This document shows positions 23,535 to 33,223 of a stretch of DNA of 64,000 bases, in pieces. The DNA comes from an uncultured Actinomycetes bacterium (GTDB taxonomy: Bacteria > Actinomycetota > Thermoleophilia > RBG-16-64-13). The stretch spans positions 864,001 to 928,000 of the forward strand of contig CAVPLM010000005.1 in assembly GCA_963706025.1 (NCBI GenBank), read 5' to 3'. The notes under the pieces are model-generated. The model saw nothing but the letters and a program-made list of their open reading frames with translations, was not told the origin of the DNA and did not search any database. Both the position numbers and the translations under genes were made by a program. Each line of letters starts with the position of its first letter. Positions within the stretch are counted from its first letter, which is position 1.

Positions 23535-25097
23535 CTAGAGCGGGTTCACCACCGGGTAAGGTCCCTTGGAAATGATCAGGTAGACGCTCGAACCCGGCGC
23601 GACCGAACTCTCCGGCGGCGGCAGTTGGGCGAACAGTTCACCCTGCGGCGCCAGCGATGTGAAGATCTCGATGCTGACCGCTTTCAGGCCCACTTCTTCC
23701 AGCGTCGCCGTGGCTTCTTCCAGCGACATGCCGCGCACGTCGGGGACGATGACGAACTCAGCCGGCCGGGGTCCTATGGAGACCACGATCCCCACGGTTA
23801 TGCCGGGCTCGGTAATGCTTCCGGCCGGGGGCGACTGCAGACCGACCACCCCTAGAGGCACGATCTCGCTGTACACCTCGACTATGGCGACCTGGTAACC
23901 GACCTGTTGCAGAGCCTTGACAGCATCGGCCTCGGCCAGCCCGACCACGTTCGGCATCGTCACCGTCTCAGCCGGCTTCGGTCCTTGGGAGACGGTGATG
24001 GCCACCGCGCTCCCCCGCTGGGCCGTCTCACCGCCGGCCGGATCCTGGCTCACGATCAGGCCAACCGCGACGGTGTCGCTGTAGGTGGAACTGGGAACCG
24101 CCTCAAAGCCTGCATCCTCGAGCGTCTTGGCGGCGTCCGCTTCGCTCTTCCCGACCACGTCGGGGACCTTGGCTTCCGGATTCTTACCCTGGGAGACGAT
24201 GAGGTCCACTCTCGTCCCCGGCTCGGCGACAACGCCGCCTTCGGGTGACTGGCTGACGACGACACCTTCCGCCGCCTCTTCGTCGTAGGATCCCTTGGAC
24301 TGCACTTCGTATCCGGCAGCATTCAGAGTCTGAGTAGCCTCGTCCTGAGTCATGCCGATGACATTGGGAACGAGGGTCTCCTCCACACCGGCCGACACCA
24401 CCACGGTCACCTCGGAGCCCGGGGCAACCATCTCACCGGCGGCAGGCGACTGATCGACGACCGTCCCTGGTTCAGCTTCGTTCTCAACAGCGACCGACTT
24501 CACCGCGAAGCCGGCCGTCCCGAGCATCTCGGTCGCCTCATCCAGCGTGAGACCCAGGACGTCGGGCACCTCCACCTCGGCCTGGCCGGCCACCACCACG
24601 TCCACGGCGGTACCCTGTTCCACCTGCTCGCCGGCGTCCGGCTTCTGACTGACTATCTGGCCCTCTTCGAGCCCCGCCGGGACTTCCGAGGTGTAGTCGA
24701 CCCTGCCGAGTTCGAGCTCAACCTCTCCCAGTGCACGTACCCCTTCGGAGATCGTCAGCCCTTTTAGATCGGGAACGTCGGCGGTATTGCTCCGATACAC
24801 GCCTATGAGGACACCGCCAACTACGATCAGAGCGAGAAACACCCCCAGAAGGATCCACAACCACAGGAGGGACCTCTTCTTCTTAGGAGGTGGCGCCGAC
24901 TCAGAGGTCCAGGTCGGCTCGTGGTGACCAGGCGCCCCCGGACCTTGTGGCGGAGGCACAGGCGGTGGGGCAACAGGTGGCGGGGTCGGGGGCGGCGTCG
25001 GAGGCGGCGTCGAAGTTGGCGTTGAAGGTGGCGGGGCCGCCGGTGGAGGCGAGGCCTGACCACCTGCCTGCTGGTCGATTCCTTCAGACTCGTTCAT
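23535..25097 (-). CDS. membrane-anchored protein with six PASTA domains and no kinase domain
   Basis: Pro-rich N-terminus, one TM, six VP(D/N)VxG...QxP..G repeats. Confidence 0.9.
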   Translation of the reverse strand: MNESEGIDQQAGGQASPPPAAPPPSTPTSTPPPTPPPTPPPVAPPPVPPPQGPGAPGHHEPTWTSESAPPPKKKRSLLWLWILLGVFLALIVVGGVLIGVYRSNTADVPDLKGLTISEGVRALGEVELELGRVDYTSEVPAGLEEGQIVSQKPDAGEQVEQGTAVDVVVAGQAEVEVPDVLGLTLDEATEMLGTAGFAVKSVAVENEAEPGTVVDQSPAAGEMVAPGSEVTVVVSAGVEETLVPNVIGMTQDEATQTLNAAGYEVQSKGSYDEEAAEGVVVSQSPEGGVVAEPGTRVDLIVSQGKNPEAKVPDVVGKSEADAAKTLEDAGFEAVPSSTYSDTVAVGLIVSQDPAGGETAQRGSAVAITVSQGPKPAETVTMPNVVGLAEADAVKALQQVGYQVAIVEVYSEIVPLGVVGLQSPPAGSITEPGITVGIVVSIGPRPAEFVIVPDVRGMSLEEATATLEEVGLKAVSIEIFTSLAPQGELFAQLPPPESSVAPGSSVYLIISKGPYPVVNPL

Positions 25098-25488
25098 GCG
25101 CTACTCCCTCCCATGCCGTCGCTATGCGAATCCTAAGAGCCCACTCGAACGGACCGTATGAGTAGACCAGACCTTCTGACTGGGCTCATACCCACTACGG
25201 CCTGGTCGCACTCCTGCGCGTTCAGCGGTCGCATCGATCGGGCCGGGGTCAAGCATCCAGTCTAGCTTCTTTACGGGGATGCCATCCCCTCTCCCGAATC
25301 CTTGGGTCTGCAATATAAACGGTTCAAGCATTCAGATGACGCGCTTGTCCCGACTAGGGTTTCTCCAGTATCGCTATCGGGTAAACCGTCTCCGGCGTCG
25401 CAAACCAGGGAAACCTCCCCACCGGGGAGCAGAAGCAACCACCCGGCCGGGGGTCAGACGGAGTCATTAGGACGGAAAAGGAGCGGTT

Positions 25489-25995
25489 ATGGCAGAGAAC
25501 GAGTTCGGGATCGTCTACGCGGCGGCTTACGGGTCTCTCGAGGACGCGAAAGAGGACTACGAAGGCATCAAGGAACTGCACAAGGAGAAATGGATCGGCA
25601 AGTACGAGTCTGCCCTTTTCACTAAGAACGAGGACGGATCCGTCAAGATCCATGATACGGACGCCACCTCTCGCGGCCGCGGACTGAAGATAGGCGCAGC
25701 CATCGGGGCGGCCGTCGGCCTCATCTTCCCAGTCACGATCCTCGCGGGCGCCCTGATCGGCGGAGGCGCCGGTCTGTTTGGCGGCCACCTCTCGAAGGGT
25801 CTCAAGCGCGGCGACATCAAGGAGCTGGGCGACCTGCTCGACGAAGGCCAGGCCGGCATCGTGCTGGTGGCGATCGTCACACCCGACGAGGGCATCGACC
25901 GCTTCCTCAAGCGGGCTGCCAAGGTCATGAAGAAGCAGGTGGACGCCGACGCCGAAGAGCTGAAGAAGGCGATCGACGAGGCAGTGAAGGACTGA
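25489..25995 (+). CDS. DUF1269-family protein
   Basis: Gly-zipper segment IGAAIGAAVGLIFP...GG; KNEDG.VKI. Confidence 0.75.
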   Translation: MAENEFGIVYAAAYGSLEDAKEDYEGIKELHKEKWIGKYESALFTKNEDGSVKIHDTDATSRGRGLKIGAAIGAAVGLIFPVTILAGALIGGGAGLFGGHLSKGLKRGDIKELGDLLDEGQAGIVLVAIVTPDEGIDRFLKRAAKVMKKQVDADAEELKKAIDEAVKD

Positions 25996-26007
25996 GTCTG
26001 GTAGTGT

Positions 26008-26040
26008 GGGCGCACCGGCCCGCCGCGGGCCGGTGCGCCC
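26008..26040 (+). terminator. hairpin after the DUF1269 gene
   Basis: gggcgcaccggcccgc / gcgggccggtgcgccc. Confidence 0.55.
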
Positions 26041-26112
26041 CATCTCGTCCTGGTCACCGGCGGCCGGTTGAGCCGCGGCTGTCCGATCTGCTGAGGGGGA
26101 GACCGGGCAGAG

Positions 26113-26898
26113 ATGACAAGCCAGCCTCTTGATGCCTTGCCCATGTGGGCGATCTACCCCGTGACCGTAGCGGTCCTGCTGCTGGCAACTTGGGGAGGCT
26201 ACCGGTATGTCAAGGCAAAGCACCGGACGAAGGCCCCGGAATCCGATGCCGGGCTTGGCGCCATCTCCGGTGCTACTCTCGGAATGCTGGCCTTTCTGCT
26301 GGCTTTCGTGGTCGGTTTCGGGTTCGAGGTCTACGGGCAGCGCCGTGCCCTAGTGTTGGACGAGGCCAATGCGATCCGCACCACCTACCTGCGGGCCGGT
26401 TACCTCGAGGACCCCTATCGAGTCGACTCGAGAGCGCTGTTGACCGAGTACTTGGATGGGCGCATGACGCTCATCGATCACCCGGAGCAGCTGGATCAGC
26501 TGAAGGCGCGCGCGGAAGAGATACAAGGAGAGTTATGGGCGGCCGCCGAGAAGGTCGTAGCCGAGGTGGACAAATCGGACACCACCAGCGCCTACCTCGA
26601 TTCGCTCAGCCAGGTGATCACCGTGCATGTCGAAAGGGTGGTCAAGGGCCTACAGGTACGCATCCCACCTCTCATCCTATTGGGCATGTATGTGATCAGC
26701 CTGGTCACCATGTTCTTGGTGGGGATGCAAAGCGGCTATGCTCCGAACCGCAGCGTGATGGGTCTGGTGATGCTGGTCCTTGTTTTCGCGGTAGTCCTCT
26801 ACCTGGTCGTCGATCTGGACCGCGCCCAAGAAGGCCTGCTGAAGGTCTCGCAACAGCCGCTGATCGACCTTCACGGCCAGCTTCCCAGCCTGCCGTAG
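26113..26898 (+). CDS. DUF4239/bestrophin-like membrane protein
   Basis: LAFLLAF, EANAIRTTYLRA, DLDR..G. Confidence 0.75.
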   Translation: MTSQPLDALPMWAIYPVTVAVLLLATWGGYRYVKAKHRTKAPESDAGLGAISGATLGMLAFLLAFVVGFGFEVYGQRRALVLDEANAIRTTYLRAGYLEDPYRVDSRALLTEYLDGRMTLIDHPEQLDQLKARAEEIQGELWAAAEKVVAEVDKSDTTSAYLDSLSQVITVHVERVVKGLQVRIPPLILLGMYVISLVTMFLVGMQSGYAPNRSVMGLVMLVLVFAVVLYLVVDLDRAQEGLLKVSQQPLIDLHGQLPSLP

Positions 26899-27026
26899 AC
26901 TTGGCCGGCCGAGCGTACCGGGCGCCGAGGCACACCCGGCCGGAAGCTTGCCGTCATCGGAGCGACCTGCGAATATGATTCGCGATTCGCCGGTAGCTTC
27001 TAGGCGACCTCGAGGAGGAGTGTTTC

Positions 27027-29186
27027 ATGGATGATGACGGCCGCACGACCCCGGTCGACCAGTCAAGTACTCGCCGGGGCTCCGTCAACAACGCCCTATG
27101 GAAGCGTGCGGTTTTCGGCATCTGCCGCTTCATCGGTATCATCCTGATCCAGGCCGTGGCTCTATGGCTAGCCTCACAGGTCTTGCCGGGGGTCACGCTC
27201 GAAGGCGCGGGGGCTGCCATCGCCGTGTCCGTCGCCATGCTCGTCGCCACGATCGTGGTGTGGGCCCTCTTCATGCGCTTCCTCTTCAGACTCACCGTGT
27301 GGACCGGCGGATTGATCACCGTGGTGGTGAATGGCTTGATCGTGCAGGTGGCCGCTTCCATCAGCCCAAACCTGGACGTGGACAACTTCGGCTGGGCCGT
27401 CCTATTCGGCCTCGTCGAGACCGTGATCCTGACGATCCTCTTGGGGATCATCTCCTACGAAGACTCGCTGACCTGGAAGAGGCTCATCTTCCGTCGGCAG
27501 CGCCGGCAGGTGGACCCCGGTATTATCGACAAGCCCGGCGTGATCTTCCTCGAGATCGACGGTCTCTCCCACGACGCCTTCGTCCGAGCGATGGCTGCGG
27601 GAAAGACCAAGACCATGCGCAGGTGGCTCCAGTCCGGCTCCCATGTGCTCGTGCCTTGGGAAACCGATCTCTCTTCCCAGACCAGCGCCTCCCAGGCCGG
27701 CCTCCTCCACGGCAACAACGGCGAGATCCCGGCTTTCCGATGGTTCGACAAAGAGCTGGGCAAGGTCATCGTGTCGAGCAACCTCAAGGCCCTCGGGCCA
27801 CTGGAGGAGCAGCACTCCAATGGCAACGGCCTGCTTGCCCACGGAGGGGCTGCGCGGGCCAGCATGTTGTCGGGCGACGCGGACGAGGTCATGCTGGTGG
27901 CCAGCAGGGTGCGCGAGGAGAAGGGCGAGAGCTATCGCGCCTTCTTCGCATCTCCCCTCAGCTTCACCAGGGTGACGATGCTCCTCTTCTGGGAGATGCT
28001 GCTCGAGAGCGGAGCCAAACGATGGCAGGAGTTCCGTCACGTGGAGCCTCGTATCGACCGTCACTTCAAGTACGCGGTCGTTCGAGCCATCATGACGGTG
28101 GCCCTGCGCGATCTCAGCCTGAACGGCGTCATGGGCGACATGCTGCTCGGGCGTCCCTACTGCTATGCGACTCTCGCCGGCTACGACGAGGTGGCCCACC
28201 ACTCAGGCCTCGATCGTCATGACACCCTCGCGGTGCTCCGCAAGATCGACTCTCGTTTCCACAAGCTCGAGAACGTGGCGGCGATCGCGCCGCGGGACTA
28301 CCGGTTCGTGGTCCTTTCCGATCACGGTCAGACCCAGGGAGCTACGTTCCTGCAACGTTACGGTATCGACCTGGAAGAGCTGGTCCAGGCTTCAGTCTCC
28401 GAGGGCACCACGGTGGGCGGTCCCAGCACCTACGCAGAGAACGGCGCGGGCGCGGGAGTAGGCCCCGGACAGAGCGACTGGGAGCACACGGCCACCGTTG
28501 ATGGGGCGATGGGGGAATCGGGGTTGGACAAGAAGCGCACGGGCAGGCTGTTCCGCAAGCGACTTCGGGCGGGAGAGGCGGTTCCGACCATCGTGACCGA
28601 CGCGGTCGTGATGGCCTCAGGCAACCTGGGGTTGGTCTCCTTCACGGGGCCCAAGCATCGCCTGACTCTAGAGGAGATCGAGCGCGACCATCCCGATCTT
28701 CTCACGAAGTTGACCGCCCACCCCGGCGTCGGATTCGTCATGGTGGCTACGTCGGGCAACGGTGGCGGCACAAGCACCGGCCAGGAGGCCGCCGAGAGTG
28801 AGGGCGCCGCCGAGAGCGAGGGCGCCGCCGCGCCTGGGACGACCGACGCCGTGGCCATCGGCAAGAACGGCCGTCACTACCTGGGCGACGACCGCGTCGT
28901 AGGCGAAGACCCGCTTCTCCCCTATGGAGCCAACGCCGCCCGCCACCTGCGCCGGACCACCTCGTTCGGCAACTGTCCCGATATCCTGGTCATGAGCACC
29001 TATTGGGCCGAGACCGACGAGAACGCCGCTTTCGAAGAATTGGTAGGCAACCACGGAGGGTTAGGCGGCGAGCAGACCCATCCCTTCGTCCTCTATCCCG
29101 CCGAATGGCAGCTGGACACGGATGAGCTGATCGGGGCGGAGACCGTCTTTCGCAACCTCAAGCGCTGGACGGAGATCACCGCCTGA
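27027..29186 (+). CDS. holin-family (4-TM) domain fused to an alkaline phosphatase/phosphodiesterase domain
   Basis: N-terminal LT..TGGL...VNG; EIDGL, SSQT, YDEVAHHSG, SDHG, NHGGLGG. Confidence 0.85.
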   Translation: MDDDGRTTPVDQSSTRRGSVNNALWKRAVFGICRFIGIILIQAVALWLASQVLPGVTLEGAGAAIAVSVAMLVATIVVWALFMRFLFRLTVWTGGLITVVVNGLIVQVAASISPNLDVDNFGWAVLFGLVETVILTILLGIISYEDSLTWKRLIFRRQRRQVDPGIIDKPGVIFLEIDGLSHDAFVRAMAAGKTKTMRRWLQSGSHVLVPWETDLSSQTSASQAGLLHGNNGEIPAFRWFDKELGKVIVSSNLKALGPLEEQHSNGNGLLAHGGAARASMLSGDADEVMLVASRVREEKGESYRAFFASPLSFTRVTMLLFWEMLLESGAKRWQEFRHVEPRIDRHFKYAVVRAIMTVALRDLSLNGVMGDMLLGRPYCYATLAGYDEVAHHSGLDRHDTLAVLRKIDSRFHKLENVAAIAPRDYRFVVLSDHGQTQGATFLQRYGIDLEELVQASVSEGTTVGGPSTYAENGAGAGVGPGQSDWEHTATVDGAMGESGLDKKRTGRLFRKRLRAGEAVPTIVTDAVVMASGNLGLVSFTGPKHRLTLEEIERDHPDLLTKLTAHPGVGFVMVATSGNGGGTSTGQEAAESEGAAESEGAAAPGTTDAVAIGKNGRHYLGDDRVVGEDPLLPYGANAARHLRRTTSFGNCPDILVMSTYWAETDENAAFEELVGNHGGLGGEQTHPFVLYPAEWQLDTDELIGAETVFRNLKRWTEITA

Positions 29187-29280
29187 GTTCGACCACCCGG
29201 CGAGTTCGACAGCAAAGCGAGCCCGCCGGCTATTGACCCGCCTCGCCGGGGTCACCATCATCGGGGCGAACGGGAACTCT

Positions 29281-29736
29281 CTATTCTCCCGCGGCGCGGA
29301 ACTCGAGAAGGGTGTCGGCGGATTTGTCCTTGATGGTGAGCGTATCTCCGTCGACCTTGTACGCCCCAGCGGCCTCCAGATTTGCCAGATAGGCGGCTTC
29401 CTGTTCCATCACCGCCGGCTCGCCGGCCATCTGCGTAGTCACGAGCGGACCGATGGAGAGTTTGCTCCCATCCGTCTCGTACGAGCCGTTGTACTGGTTG
29501 ATCCCGCCGTTCCCGCTCACCCTCCCCTCGGCGAAGGTCGCGTCCACCATCGGAGTCGGCAGCGCATCCTGCATGGAGCCATCGACGGCATAGGCGGTCA
29601 GGACCCACTTCGTGCTCTCCAGCTCCTTCGCCGCATTGCGGCCGCTACATGAAGGCAGAGCTATCAGTAGCGCGGCGCAAAGCACGAGAGCCGCGAGAAG
29701 CGCTGGTTTGACAAGTGGCTTCAATGGAACTCTCAT
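29281..29736 (-). CDS. META domain lipoprotein
   Basis: LPSC lipobox-like; GNGGINQY, TTQMAG, MEQEAAYL. Confidence 0.85.
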   Translation of the reverse strand: MRVPLKPLVKPALLAALVLCAALLIALPSCSGRNAAKELESTKWVLTAYAVDGSMQDALPTPMVDATFAEGRVSGNGGINQYNGSYETDGSKLSIGPLVTTQMAGEPAVMEQEAAYLANLEAAGAYKVDGDTLTIKDKSADTLLEFRAAGE

Positions 29737-29973
29737 TTGACCCTCCTCAGAGATGTTGTCCGTCTCGCCCGACCACAGTAGAGCATACGAACGCCCCGTC
29801 GCGCTACCGATGTGCCGCCCCGCTCGTGCTCTGGCCGGGCCAGCGCGCGCCGTCTCGATGTTTGGCATGTCGCCCGCAGGGGCACACTAGGGTCGGCGGC
29901 AAGGCGGCCATGGGTCGTATTCTCCGTGGAGTCCGGCAGATCGCCGGAAAAACAATCAGCGCAAGGAGTTGCT

Positions 29974-30339
29974 ATGGAGTGGACACTGTGGGATGTGATG
30001 TGGTCGATGATGATCTTCTTCTTCTGGATCATCTACATCGTGATCTTCATCAGGATCTTCATGGACATCTTCCACAGGAACGACATCAGCGGTGGGGCCA
30101 AGGCGGGCTGGTTCATCTTCCTCATCTTCCTACCTCTCATAGGGGCCATCGTGTACTTGGCCAAGCGGCCGAAGATGACCGAGCAGGACAAGCGCGAGAT
30201 GGAAGCGCTCCAGCAGCAGCAGCGTCGTCTAGCGGGGTATTCCGCGACTGAAGAGATCGCGAAGGCCCAGGCGCTGAAAGACTCGGGCGCCATCACCGAG
30301 GAAGAGTTCCAGGAGCTCAAGCGCAAGGCTATGGTCTAG
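29974..30339 (+). CDS. PLDc_N + SHOCT domain protein (paralog of 20745-21104)
   Basis: Near-identical C-terminus EEIAKAQALKDSGAITEEEFQ. Confidence 0.88.
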   Translation: MEWTLWDVMWSMMIFFFWIIYIVIFIRIFMDIFHRNDISGGAKAGWFIFLIFLPLIGAIVYLAKRPKMTEQDKREMEALQQQQRRLAGYSATEEIAKAQALKDSGAITEEEFQELKRKAMV

Positions 30340-30387
30340 AGTTCACTACACTCCGGCCGGATGTGGCTAGATGCGGCCGGCATAAGT

Positions 30388-30429
30388 ACAATGCAGCGGG
30401 CCGACCCGGGGGTCGGCCCGCTGCATTGT
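30388..30429. terminator. hairpin between convergent genes
   Basis: acaatgcagcgggccgacc / ggtcggcccgctgcattgt. Confidence 0.7.
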
Positions 30430-30499
30430 CTCAAAGGGATCGAGGTCCTCGCGCCTCGCCCGCCCCCGGTACCGGGGGACCCTTGAAGCTCTCAGTCCA

Positions 30500-30775
30500 C
30501 TAGATGCCCAGGGCTTCCTCAGCGCTCTCTACGGACTCCTCCAGGGTAGACTCAAGCGCTGATTCCTCCTCCGAAACCACCCCACGTTTCTTGTTTATGA
30601 CGTCCGTAGCCTTCGTCCTCACGTCCGAGGCGAGCCGCCGGGCTTCGGACGGAACGTCTGGCAACGAAGCGGGGATGCTCTTTCCGGTCTGCTGGGAGGA
30701 TGACCATGCGAGCGCGAAGACAGAAGCCAGCAAGCTGCCTATGAACGCCGCCAGAACCAAACGGGCAAAACTCAT
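30500..30775 (-). CDS. small membrane-anchored protein (YtxH-like)
   Basis: RBS AGGAGG; N-terminal TM and acidic helical tail. Confidence 0.6.
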   Translation of the reverse strand: MSFARLVLAAFIGSLLASVFALAWSSSQQTGKSIPASLPDVPSEARRLASDVRTKATDVINKKRGVVSEEESALESTLEESVESAEEALGI

Positions 30776-31007
30776 ACTTCCTCCTTGTCGTCACCTTAGC
30801 TGTTGTGCAACAGAACCCTGTCTCCTGCAGTACCCCATTCCCCCGGAAACAACACGCGCATCCGAACGCGCGCATTTGAAGCGGCGCCCGCCCGTCTACC
30901 CGCAGAGACAGAGCGCCGAGTGAAGGACTCGAAAGCGCCGGGTCGTATCTAGGGCTCTAACGCGCGGGACCTGGGGCCCGCCGCTCAACCGGTGTACGGG
31001 AGGGACG

Positions 31008-32009
31008 ATGTCCAGGTTCGCAATCCTGTTGCACGGGGGACCGGTCGATGCCAGCGAGGTCGCCCGGGTGAGGGACTCCCTCATTTTCGAACCCCCCGAC
31101 CTGCAGAAGCGGCTGATACGGTTCGGAGCCCTGCTTATACTGGCCTCGGCCATCGCCACCTATGGCCTCCTGGGCGACTCCGTGGCGACCGTGATCGGAG
31201 CCATGATCGTGGCGCCCCTGATGCTCCCGATCATGGGCCTAGCCTTCGGCATCACCATCGGGGACCGTAAGGCCATCCTCAGCTCGATACTGGTCGGACT
31301 GGCCGGTATCGCGGCAGCCATAGCGGTGGGTTTCGTCCTCGCCCAGACGATGTCCTCAGCCTTCGATCCCACCTCGAACTCGCAGATCATGGCCCGTACT
31401 TCCCCTCGTTTGGTCGATCTGGCGGCCGCACTCGCCACGGGGCTCGCCGGCGCGTTCGCCGCGGGACGCAAAGACATCTCCGACACGCTCCCCGGAGTGG
31501 CCATCGCCATTTCCCTGGTGCCGCCGCTGACCAATGTGGGTATCTTGCTGGCCGCCGGCCGGGCCGACCTAGCACTGGGAAGCTTCCTGCTCTTCGCAAC
31601 GAACTACTTCGCCATCGTTCTCACGGGCGTGTTCGTGTTTGCGCTGTTGGGCTACCCTGGAGCCGCCCTCATCACGAAATCGCTGCGCGCACGGCGCATA
31701 GCCGTCGCGCTCGTCATCGTCATGGTCCTGGTGATCGCGACGCCCCTGGCCATCACCAGCAACCAGATATACCAGGACAATGCGGCCGAAAGCCGCGCGG
31801 CCGACGCCACCAAAGCCTGGATCGAGGACTCGGACTACAGATACGTCTCCGTCACGGCCAAGGACGAAGTGGTGACTGTGGTGGTGGTCGGTGAAGGGGC
31901 CCTGCCGCCCGAGGAAGATCTGCGCGGGGAACTGACCGGCCGCCTCTACGGCATGAAGGTGCGCGTCGAAGCCCTGCCATCGCAGAGCTTTGAGTTCGAG
32001 ACCGGCTGA
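31008..32009 (+). CDS. DUF389 membrane protein
   Basis: DS.ATVIGAMIVAPLM.PI, GVAIAISLVPPL. Confidence 0.88.
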   Translation: MSRFAILLHGGPVDASEVARVRDSLIFEPPDLQKRLIRFGALLILASAIATYGLLGDSVATVIGAMIVAPLMLPIMGLAFGITIGDRKAILSSILVGLAGIAAAIAVGFVLAQTMSSAFDPTSNSQIMARTSPRLVDLAAALATGLAGAFAAGRKDISDTLPGVAIAISLVPPLTNVGILLAAGRADLALGSFLLFATNYFAIVLTGVFVFALLGYPGAALITKSLRARRIAVALVIVMVLVIATPLAITSNQIYQDNAAESRAADATKAWIEDSDYRYVSVTAKDEVVTVVVVGEGALPPEEDLRGELTGRLYGMKVRVEALPSQSFEFETG

Positions 32010-32139
32010 TGCACGGCGCACGACCGACTCGCCCGTAGCGAGACGAACCGAGGCGCCGCTGACTCGCGGGGCGCGCCGCGCGCGACCACCCGCTGACCTG
32101 CCCGTCGAGCGCGGCGGCCGGCGCCGGCCGCCGCGCCCT

Positions 32140-33013
32140 CTACCGCTGGCAGACAGGACAGATGTTGACGTCGCCTCCCCCGAGGGCCAGCTTCTCGATG
32201 GTGCCGCCGCACTTCGCACAGGCGCGCCCGCCCATGCCGGGACCCATGGCCGGCACGTAGCCGCCCGGGCGTCGGTACAGGTCGCGCCACTGGTCTTTGC
32301 CGCCCAGCCGCAGTCGCTCGTCCATCACGAAGCGGATAGCATCGAACAGCGCCGACCGCTCGTCGGGGCTGAGATCCGAGGCTCTGCGCTTGGGGCGGAT
32401 CCCGGCCCGGTAGAGGACGTCCTGGAAGGTGCTGTTGCTGATGCCGACCACCACGGCCTCTTTCCCTACCAACACCGTCTTCATGGCTTTGTTGGCCGTC
32501 TCCAGCGCCGCGGAGAAGCGCTCGAGGGTGAACCCGCCCGCGTCCGGATCGAGGGGATCGAGCGTCTCGGGAGCGAAGTCCCGCGCGACCAGGTAGTGGT
32601 GGGAGAGTCCGGCATCGCAGGTAGCCGTGACGCCGCCCATGCTGGTGATCCTCACCGTCAAGAAGGAGCCGTCTTCGAAATCCAGCCGCAGGTGGTGTTT
32701 CTCGGGAAGCGATCCTTCTTGCTCCCACAAGAAGATGTCCCCTCCGTATTCGGGACTGATGACCACATTCTGCCCATTGTCGAGCTTCATCAGCACGGTG
32801 TTCCCCCGCGAGACCACCGACTCCACCGCGCCGCCGACGAGCTGTCCGTAGTCGCCGGCCTCTCTGTTCATGAAGCCGATCTCCTGGAGCCGCCCGGTAT
32901 CGCCCAAGCGCGAACCCGGTGACGGTCCTTCCGGCCAGCTCGTGCCGCATCTGGCCCGCCAGAATGGCAGCTTCCGGCCCCTCAACGCTCACCGCTCTTG
33001 CGCCGGCGGCCAT
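32140..33013 (-). CDS. Fpg/Nei-family DNA glycosylase (frameshift near 32900)
   Basis: VEGPEA N-terminus, SRGN, H2TH-like GISN...DVLYRAGIRP, C-terminal CxxC...CPVCQ zinc finger. Confidence 0.8.
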
Positions 33014-33223
33014 GACTCCTCCTCCAGCTTGCCGAGGACTACTGAGAAACCTCCACGTTCAGTATCAGTGTAACGAGCGGCTTGGTCCCGCGAAAGCCGA
33101 GTGACACCCGTTTGGCCGCGGTATGTCGGCCCACCGAGTGCGCGGGCGCTGAGCATCGCCCCGCGGGCGGTTGTATTATTGCCTCCAGAGAAGGATAGAA
33201 ACGGAACCCTGGAGGATCGCCCC

